Origin: Mycobacteriales bacterium
Lineage (GTDB): Bacteria > Actinomycetota > Actinomycetes > Mycobacteriales > QHCD01
Direction of reading: 5' to 3'
Length of the DNA stretch: 64,000 bases
Assembly (NCBI GenBank): GCA_040414495.1
Contig: JBEDUI010000081.1
Location: 528 to 64,527, forward strand
A model generated the notes under the pieces. The model was given only the letters and a program-made list of their open reading frames with translations. It was not told the DNA's origin and did no database searches. The translations under genes were made by a program, and so were the position numbers. Position 1 is the stretch's first letter, and each line of letters starts with the position of its first letter. Below are positions 57,697-64,000 of this stretch, one piece after another.

Positions 57697-58815
57697 ATGC
57701 CGTTGATCAACCGCGGCGACACTGGCGCCGCCGTGACCGAGATCCGTAGCACGTTGATGGCGTTGGGCCTGCTGGTCAACGGCACCTCGCCCGGCGGTGT
57801 CTTCGACGACGAGACCGACCTCGCCGTCCGCACGTTCCAGCAGAACCGCGGGCTGACCGTGGACGGCGTCGTCGGGTCGGAGACCTACCAGGCGATCAGC
57901 GCGGCGCGCTGGCGGCTCGGCGACCGGGTTATCGCGTTCATCCCCGACCATCCGGTCGTCGGCGACGACGTCAGCGTTCTGCAGGAACGACTCCTTGAGC
58001 TCGGTTACGACAGCGGTCGCCCGGACGGTGTCTTCGGTTCCCGGACCGAGGGCGCGCTGCGGGCATTCCAGCGCGACTCCGGGTTGCAGTCCGACGGGAC
58101 GTGTGGCCCGGAGACGTTGCGGGCGCTGAGCCGACTCGGTCGCAAGGTCATCGGCGGTCGGCCGCAGCTGCTACGCGAAACGACCCGGGTCGCCAGCGCC
58201 GGTCCGGCCCTGGTCGGCAAGCGGGTCATCATCGATCCCGGTCATGGCGGCGACGACGCGGGCGGTCAGTACGGACCGTGGACCGAGGCCGAGCTGGTGT
58301 GGGACCTGGCCACCCGGTTGGAAGGTCGGCTCGGCGCCGCCGGCGTCACGGCCTACCTGACCCGCGGTCGGACGAGCGGCTTGTCCGAGCAGGAGCGGGC
58401 CCGGTTCGCCAATTCCACCGGCGCCGACCTGGTCATCTCGCTACACATCGACGCCAACCGCTCTCCCCTCGCCCAGGGAGTTGCGACCTACCACTTCGGT
58501 ACCGGCTCGGGCCTCACCTCGACCGTCGGCGAACAGCTGGCTGGCCTGGTACAGCGGGAAGTCGTGGCCCGTACCGGCCTGCTCAACTGCCGGACCCACG
58601 CCAAGACCTGGGAGCTGTTGCGGCTCACCACGATGCCGGCGATCCGGTTGGAGGTCGGCCACCTCTCCCATGCCGGCGACCGGACCCGGCTGACCGACCC
58701 GGCGTTCCGCGACACCGTCGCCGAGGCCGTCCTGGTCGCCGTACAGCGGCTCTACCTGCCGGCCGAGATCGATCCGCCGACCGGCACGTTCACAATCCCG
58801 ACGATCTCGGTCTGA
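57697..58815 (+). CDS. cwlM: N-acetylmuramoyl-L-alanine amidase CwlM-like (two PG-binding domains + amidase_3)
   Basis: Two PGBD1 repeats (GDTGAAVTEIRSTLMALG...TFQQNRGLTVDGVVGSETY; GDDVSVLQERLLELGY...AFQRDSGLQSDGTCGPETL). Amidase_3 core VIIDPGHGGDD...SLHIDA. Confidence 0.9.
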   Translation: MPLINRGDTGAAVTEIRSTLMALGLLVNGTSPGGVFDDETDLAVRTFQQNRGLTVDGVVGSETYQAISAARWRLGDRVIAFIPDHPVVGDDVSVLQERLLELGYDSGRPDGVFGSRTEGALRAFQRDSGLQSDGTCGPETLRALSRLGRKVIGGRPQLLRETTRVASAGPALVGKRVIIDPGHGGDDAGGQYGPWTEAELVWDLATRLEGRLGAAGVTAYLTRGRTSGLSEQERARFANSTGADLVISLHIDANRSPLAQGVATYHFGTGSGLTSTVGEQLAGLVQREVVARTGLLNCRTHAKTWELLRLTTMPAIRLEVGHLSHAGDRTRLTDPAFRDTVAEAVLVAVQRLYLPAEIDPPTGTFTIPTISV

Positions 58816-58827
58816 CCCCGGGCTGTC

Positions 58828-59544
58828 TCAGACCGGCCGCAGAATCGGATCAGGGCTCATACTGCCCAGCAGTCGTTCGAGCGCCGACTCGACGTCCTCC
58901 CGCCACGACACCGTGCTCTTGATCTCCAGGCGCAGCCGCGGGTAACGCGGGTGCGGCCGTACGGTCTTGAACCCCACCGCCAGCAGGTAGTCGGCCGGCA
59001 ACACGCAGCCCGGCTTGGACCAGCGCACGTCGCCGAACGCCTCCACCGCCTTGACCCCGCGCCGGGTCAGGTCCTTCGCCACGCCCTGGATCAACATCCG
59101 GCCCAGGCCCCCACCGGCGAACTCGGGGATGATCGTGGCGGTCATCAGCAGCACCGCATCGGCGCCGACCGGACTCGTCGGAAAGGTGACCGAGCGTGGC
59201 ACGTAACCCGGTGGCGCGTACATCACGTAACCGGCCGGGACGCCGTCGACGTACGCGATCTTGCCGCAGGAACCCCACTCCAACAGCACCGAGGAAACCC
59301 AGGACTCCTTCTCCAACCCGGGGTCGCCGGTCGTCTGGGCCCGTTCGCCGTGAATCGGACCCAGCTCCCAGAACACGCAGCGGCGGCAGCGCAGCGGAAG
59401 GTCGTCGAGGTTGTCCAACGTGATGCTGACCAAGCGCCGAGACACGCTTCGCTGCGCCTCCTTGCTCCAACGGCGGTCCGCCAAACAGCGGTCGCAGGGC
59501 CCGGGCAATCGATCGTACGCGTAGGCACTGAATCTCGGTGGCAA
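58828..59544 (-). CDS. GNAT family N-acetyltransferase-like protein (Rv3916c-like)
   Basis: LRCRRCVFWE Cys motif followed by an acetyltransferase-like core (FAGGGLGRMLIQGVAKDLTRRGVKAVEAF). TTG 59544 lacks an RBS; the alternative GTG 59445 has GAGG upstream. Confidence 0.7.
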   Translation of the reverse strand: MPPRFSAYAYDRLPGPCDRCLADRRWSKEAQRSVSRRLVSITLDNLDDLPLRCRRCVFWELGPIHGERAQTTGDPGLEKESWVSSVLLEWGSCGKIAYVDGVPAGYVMYAPPGYVPRSVTFPTSPVGADAVLLMTATIIPEFAGGGLGRMLIQGVAKDLTRRGVKAVEAFGDVRWSKPGCVLPADYLLAVGFKTVRPHPRYPRLRLEIKSTVSWREDVESALERLLGSMSPDPILRPV

Positions 59545-59630
59545 GCGCGGTTAGACTTCTCCTTGGCCCTCAGGCGGGTCGACCGTAGCCGAGGTGCGGC
59601 GCGGGACAGCTGAGATGCGGAGGAGGGGAC

Positions 59631-61007
59631 GTGCGCGACGTACTGCGAGGCGGTTCATCGAGCGAAGGTCTACCGATTGGTCCGCAGACAGCAGCAGCAA
59701 GCGCCGGCACCACCCTCGATCCGTACGCAGACCGCTACGCAGACCGCACCCGCGGCATGTCGGTCTCGGAGATCCGGGCTTTGTTCGCGGTCGCCAACCG
59801 CCCCGAGATCGTCTCGCTTGCCGGCGGAATGCCCTACACCGCCGCGCTTCCGATCGACGCCGTCGCCGAGATGGTCGGCGAGTTGCTGGCCAACAATGGG
59901 CCAAAGGCGTTGCAGTACGGACCGGGTCAGGGCGACCCCCGACTACGCGAACTGATCTGCGAAGTGATGGCCCTGGAGGGCATCACCGGGTCGGCCGAGG
60001 ACGTCACGGTGACGGTCGGTTCGCAGCAGGCGCTGGATCTGGTCAGCCGGATCTTCATCGACCCGGGCGATGTCGTGTTGGCCGAGGGCCCGTCGTATGT
60101 CGGCGCGCTGGGCACGTTCGAGGCGGCGCAGGCCGAGGTGCGGCACGTACGGATGGACAGCGACGGGCTGATTCCGGAGGCGTTGCGCGAGGCGTTGGAG
60201 CTGTTGCGCAGCCAGGGCCGGCGGGCCAAGTTCCTCTACACAGTGCCGAATTACCACAACCCGGCCGGCGTGACCCTGACGCTGGAGCGGCGGCGCGAGG
60301 TGCTGGCGATCTGCGAGGAGTACGACCTGCTCGTACTCGAGGACAACCCGTACGGGTTGCTCGGCTTCGACGGAGTGATCCAGCCGGCACTGCGGTCGAT
60401 GGCGCCGGACCGGGTGATCTACCTCGGGTCGTTCTCCAAGACGTTCGCCGCCGGAGTCCGGGTCGGCTGGGCGCTGGCGCCGCCGGCGGTACGGCAGAAG
60501 CTGGTGCTGCTGTCCGAGGCCGAGGTGTTGTGCCCGCCGAACCTGACCCAGTTCGTGGTGGCCGAGTACCTCGCGACGCAGCCCTGGCGGGAGCAGCTCA
60601 AGGTGTTCCGGGAGCTGTACCGCGACCGTCGGGATGCGACGTTGGATGCGCTTACGGCGTTGATGCCGGCCGAGTGCACCTGGACCAAGCCGGCCGGTGG
60701 GTTCTACGTCTGGTTGACCCTGCCGGAAGGGCTCGACTCCAAGATCATGCAGCCGCGGGCGATCCACTCCCGGGTCGCTTATGTGCCGGGCATTGGCTTC
60801 TACGCCGATGGCAACGGCCGGCGGGACATGCGGCTCTCGTACTGCTTCCCCGAGCCGGAGCGGATCCGGGAAGGCGTACGGCGGCTGGCCGGAGTCATCG
60901 AGGAAGAGCTCGAGCTGCGGGAGACGTTCCTCGGTGATCGGCCTCAGGCCCAGCACGCGCCGGGTGTCCGGCACGCAAGCGACGCGCCGGGGCCAGACGT
61001 CGCCTGA
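59631..61007 (+). CDS. PLP-dependent aminotransferase, class I/II fold (2-aminoadipate/aromatic aminotransferase-like)
   Basis: ISLAGGMP, YGPGQG, PSYVGAL, VPNYHNPAG and SFSKTFAAGVRVGW (PLP lysine). AGGAGG RBS before GTG 59631. Confidence 0.85.
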   Translation: MRDVLRGGSSSEGLPIGPQTAAASAGTTLDPYADRYADRTRGMSVSEIRALFAVANRPEIVSLAGGMPYTAALPIDAVAEMVGELLANNGPKALQYGPGQGDPRLRELICEVMALEGITGSAEDVTVTVGSQQALDLVSRIFIDPGDVVLAEGPSYVGALGTFEAAQAEVRHVRMDSDGLIPEALREALELLRSQGRRAKFLYTVPNYHNPAGVTLTLERRREVLAICEEYDLLVLEDNPYGLLGFDGVIQPALRSMAPDRVIYLGSFSKTFAAGVRVGWALAPPAVRQKLVLLSEAEVLCPPNLTQFVVAEYLATQPWREQLKVFRELYRDRRDATLDALTALMPAECTWTKPAGGFYVWLTLPEGLDSKIMQPRAIHSRVAYVPGIGFYADGNGRRDMRLSYCFPEPERIREGVRRLAGVIEEELELRETFLGDRPQAQHAPGVRHASDAPGPDVA

Positions 61008-61092
61008 CTCGCACGTATGCTCTCCCGCGCATGGTTGATTCGTGTGGGGGTGCCGGCGGGGCTCCGTTCCCGGGGTTCTGTGACCGGCGTAC

Positions 61093-62124
61093 ATGAGCGG
61101 AGCGGGCGTGGATTCGAAGTCGGTAGTGACCAGTGACGTCCCGGCAAGCCAGCCCGGCGAGGACCTGCACGCGGTGGTCCTCGCCGGCGGCCTGGCCTAC
61201 GAGCGCGAGGTGTCGTTGTCCTCGGGTCGCCGGGTGGCCGACGCGTTGCACCGGGCGGGCGCGGATGCGCTGATCATCGACGCCGACGCCGAGCTGGTGT
61301 CCCGGTTGACCACGACCCGGCCCGATGCGGTGTTCATCGCGCTGCATGGTTCGTCCGGCGAGGACGGCGCGCTGCGGGGCGTACTGGATCTGCTGGACGT
61401 GCCGTACGTCGGCAGCTCAGCGGTCGCGTGCCGCGCCGCGTGGGACAAGCCGACCGCCAAGGCCGTGGTTCGAGCGGTCGGGGTCGCGACGCCGGACTGG
61501 ATCGCGCTGCCCCAGACGACGTTCCGGGAACTCGGCGCGGGCGAGGTCCTGGATCGGTTGGTCACCCGGTTCGGGGTGCCGTTGATTGTGAAGCCGGCCC
61601 AGGGCGGCTCGGCGCTGGGGACGCAGTTGGTCACCGACGTGGCCGACCTGCCGGCCGCGATGGTCGGCTGCTTCTCGTACGCCGACACGGTGCTGGTCGA
61701 GCGGTACGTGCGTGGGGTCGAGGTTGCGGTGAGCGTGCTCGACGACGGTTCCGGTGCCCAGGCGCTGCCGGCGGTGGAGATCGTGGCGTCGGCGGGGATC
61801 TTCGACTACGCGTCGCGGTACACGTCCGGGATGACGACGTACCACACGCCGGCCCGGCTGGAGCCGGATACGGCGGCCGCGCTGGCTTCGATGGCGGTGA
61901 CGACGCACCAGGCTTTGGGGCTGCGGGACCTGTCCCGGGTCGACGCGATCGTCACCGCCGACGGGCGGATCGAGTTCCTCGAAGTCAACGTCGCGCCGGG
62001 CATGACGGAGACCAGCCTGTTCCCCATGGCAGTGGCCGCTGCCGGTCTGGATCTCGGTGAGCTGTGCGTGCGGCTGCTCTCGCAGGCGGCGAGCCGGTCG
62101 CGTGGCGGTACCCCGGCGGTCTGA
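61093..62124 (+). CDS. ddl: D-alanine--D-alanine ligase
   Basis: VVLAGGLAYEREVSLSSG, ALHGSSGEDGALRGVLDLLDVPYVGS, LIVKPAQGGSALG and EVNVAPGMTETSLFP. Confidence 0.9.
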   Translation: MSGAGVDSKSVVTSDVPASQPGEDLHAVVLAGGLAYEREVSLSSGRRVADALHRAGADALIIDADAELVSRLTTTRPDAVFIALHGSSGEDGALRGVLDLLDVPYVGSSAVACRAAWDKPTAKAVVRAVGVATPDWIALPQTTFRELGAGEVLDRLVTRFGVPLIVKPAQGGSALGTQLVTDVADLPAAMVGCFSYADTVLVERYVRGVEVAVSVLDDGSGAQALPAVEIVASAGIFDYASRYTSGMTTYHTPARLEPDTAAALASMAVTTHQALGLRDLSRVDAIVTADGRIEFLEVNVAPGMTETSLFPMAVAAAGLDLGELCVRLLSQAASRSRGGTPAV

Positions 62125-62250
62125 GCTTTTACTCCGTCGCTGCCCGGCACGGTTACTTTCTGGTCTTCGTCGTGGCGCGGCCGTTTGCTGCGACTGTACG
62201 GCCGCCGCGTCCGGGTCAGGCTTTCCGTAATAGTCAGCTGCAATCCTCGT

Positions 62251-62294
62251 GATTTCCGTGCCGCACGTCCCTCTCTCGATTTCCGTGCCGCACG
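62251..62294 (+). repeat. 17-bp perfect direct repeat pair
   Basis: GATTTCCGTGCCGCACG occurs at 62251-62267 and 62278-62294, 27 bp start-to-start. Confidence 0.9.
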
Positions 62295-62530
62295 CCTCCC
62301 GGTTGGGCTTTAGCAATCCCCGCGATCCGCGACCGTTTCGGCGCCGCCGGACCCCCCGGTCAGACCGTCGCCTAATGCGCAGCCAGCCGTGCCATGCCCG
62401 TCGCTCCCGGCCGGTCTTCCGGCAATGCCCAGCCACATGCTGCCCTTCGCCGCACTGCCCGCGGTCGACCTTCCGGCGATGCCCGGCGCTCGGCTGGCCC
62501 GGACCTCACACCGCTACTTACCGGGCGACC

Positions 62531-62900
62531 CATTCATTCGGCCCTTGTGCGTCGCCCACGGGCGCTGGCTATCGGCGGCTCCCGCTCGATCTTGCTTCCC
62601 GGTCGGTGTTCTCGGTCTCTTCTGCGTCGCCCGGACGGATCCCCGTCTGACGGGCGCGGCGATCGTTCGATCCTGCTTCCCCACCGGCCATTCGTTCGGT
62701 GCTTGTGCTTCGCCTACCCGCGGGTGATCGCTCGCCTATCGGGTGAGTCTCGTGTTCGATCCTGCTTCCCCACCGGCCCGCTCGACTGGCTCTTCTACGT
62801 CGCGCACCTGCCAGGCGGTCACTGTCTCGGCCTCGTGTTCGATCCCGCTTCCCCGCTAGCCCTTCCGTTCGGCCTTGTACGTCGCGCACCTTCCGGGCTC
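62531..62900 (+). repeat. degenerate tandem repeat, 4-5 units of ~81-89 bp, non-coding
   Basis: Core GTTCGATCCTGCTTCCCCACCGGCC at 62665-62689 and 62754-62778, with variants at 62837-62861 and 62584-62606. A second conserved block cattc[ag]ttcgg..cttgt[ga]c.tcgc sits at 62531, 62689 and 62861. The unit lengths (81, 89, 83) are not consistently multiples of three. Confidence 0.8.
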
Positions 62901-64000
62901 CCGGCCTCCGCGGCCTCCCGCCGGCATCTTCGTACTGCCTCACTGTCCGCGGCTCCAGCTCTCCGTGCCGCCACTGTCGCTCATCGGTGCAGTACCTGTG
63001 TTTCTGCTCTCTGGTCAGTCTTCCCAGCGTCGTCATGTTCGCGGTCGGGCTGCGTCGCCTTTGCCTGATCGGTCACCGGTGCGCCGCCAGCCGCTGCGCG
63101 TGCCGCCGGATCCTGCCGAGTGCTCAGACTGTCGGCTGGGCCGGCGACCTCCCGAGTCGGACTTCAGTCCCGCCCGATGTACCGGCCCGTTCGTCTCCCC
63201 CTGCCTTCGACCTGACTGGAGCGCGACATTCGTACGGCATCCTCTGCGCTCGCCCTGGCCCTGAGCCGACCTAAGTCCTCGCTATGCCCCGGTCGTCAAC
63301 CCCGGCCGGCCAGGGAGGCCGTCGCTTGGGTTTTGACACCGCCGAACTTTCGCTCGACTCGCCGGAGGTTTGACGCTGTTCAGCCTTCGCCGATTACCCG
63401 ACTCGCCTTCACCGAGTCGCAGACCGGGCACCTCGCCCAGTGCTTCGGTTGTTCGTCACTCCCTGCTTTTTCGACCCTTCGAGAACCCGGGTCTTGACGG
63501 CTCCTCGGGTACTGCCCCGATCCACGCCCGCCGCCGATTTGGATCGTCGCGACCTCTTCTTCCCGCCGGGTTACGTCGCCAGACACGGCCGGGTTTCGTC
63601 GCCAGGCGTGATCGGCCAGCCGAATCGGCCGGTTGGGAGTTTGCTAGCAGTGATCAGCTGGCGTTCGACCCGCGGTACAGGCACAGGTGTGGCAGCAACG
63701 TCTGGCACGCACTTGTTGGGATAGCTCGGACACGCCCTCTTCGGTAGCTTCGGACTCCTCATTGCCCGACCACCCGACGTCGATCGCGCGGCGAGCCTGG
63801 TCGGCTCTGCGCTGGATCGTGTGTGCGCGAACTGTCGCGCAGTCCGCTGTCGAGTCACCTGCACTCGTCGTCCAGTCTGAGGAGGCAGTCCCTTCGGTCC
63901 GGCGGCTCATACGGCTCCGCTCCCGCCGCGACCCGAGCCTGTTCGGAGAGGCGCCGGGCCCGACCACGCGATGCGGCGAGTCGAACGGATGGCGCGTGCT

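Noticed and set aside
62665-62689. tRNA or tRNA fragment suggested by GTTCGATCC
   Set aside because: The flanks do not form a T-stem or acceptor stem and there is no CCA or anticodon arm. The only real tRNA found is tRNA-His at 16454-16530.
62531-62900. CRISPR array interpretation of the repeated 25-nt core
   Set aside because: Spacings of ~56-64 nt between cores are too long and irregular. The 'spacers' are homologous to each other, only 3-4 copies exist, and no cas genes are in the window.
62394-63068. 224-aa (+) and 155-aa (-, 62569..63036) ORFs inside the A-depleted tract
   Set aside because: The products are Arg/Ser/Pro or Arg/Glu/Gly junk. The underlying repeats have periods not divisible by three, and no start-site signals are present.
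63644-63967. 107-aa minus-strand ORF ending in a Cys-rich tail (RRCCHTCACTAG...ADHC), considered as a RiPP precursor
   Set aside because: Third-position GC is low for this genome by my partial count. No modification enzymes or transporters are nearby within the window, and the frame stays open to the window edge with junk-like sequence. It cannot be supported.
1-64000. Scan for parS (GTTTCACGTGAAAC), transposase/integrase genes, toxin-antitoxin pairs, and known riboswitch cores upstream of the cell-wall hydrolase-like, MFS and aminotransferase genes
   Set aside because: By eye I found no convincing match. Covariance-model and HMM searches would be needed to exclude them properly.

Overview
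High-GC actinobacterial chromosome segment, densely coded and dominated by the conserved oriC-proximal housekeeping blocks. The first block is dnaB, rplI-rpsR-ssb-rpsF, two GT87-like membrane proteins, ponA, DUF5318 and PadR-ino1 (equivalents of M. tuberculosis Rv0058 to Rv0046c). The second is cca, NUDIX, an Rv3909-like protein, murJ, a pseudokinase, sigM with its anti-sigma factor, trxB-trxA, cwlM and a GNAT (equivalents of Rv3907c to Rv3916c). The left third carries metabolic and accessory genes: acyl-CoA carboxylase beta, oxidoreductases, valS, orn, tRNA-His, MFS/Rrf2, beta-carbonic anhydrase and VOC proteins. I found no transposase, integrase, CRISPR array or recognisable defence genes. 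All calls come from reading the ORF track and raw sequence, with family assignments by motif recognition; no database search was possible. Five things stand out. (1) A minus-strand operon (3553-10303) encodes an exported Thr/Val-rich protein and a 1575-aa secreted protein with 22 Asn/Gly/Gln-rich repeats in a strict alternating 41/~51-residue rhythm. It ends in a translationally coupled sortase-F-like gene whose catalytic His position reads Tyr, and no LPXTG substrate signal is present. (2) A ~1 kb non-coding gap between rplI and dnaB carries a dense cluster of DnaA-box-like 9-mers, two of them perfect TGTGGACAA, away from any dnaA-dnaN locus. (3) The last ~1.9 kb (62125-64000) is an apparently non-coding, adenine-depleted tract full of nested direct and tandem repeats. 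(4) A secreted tandem bulb-lectin protein resembles LlpA-type lectin-like bacteriocins. (5) There are several strong palindromic operators and a recurring GGGCGTG-armed palindromic element at convergent gene junctions.
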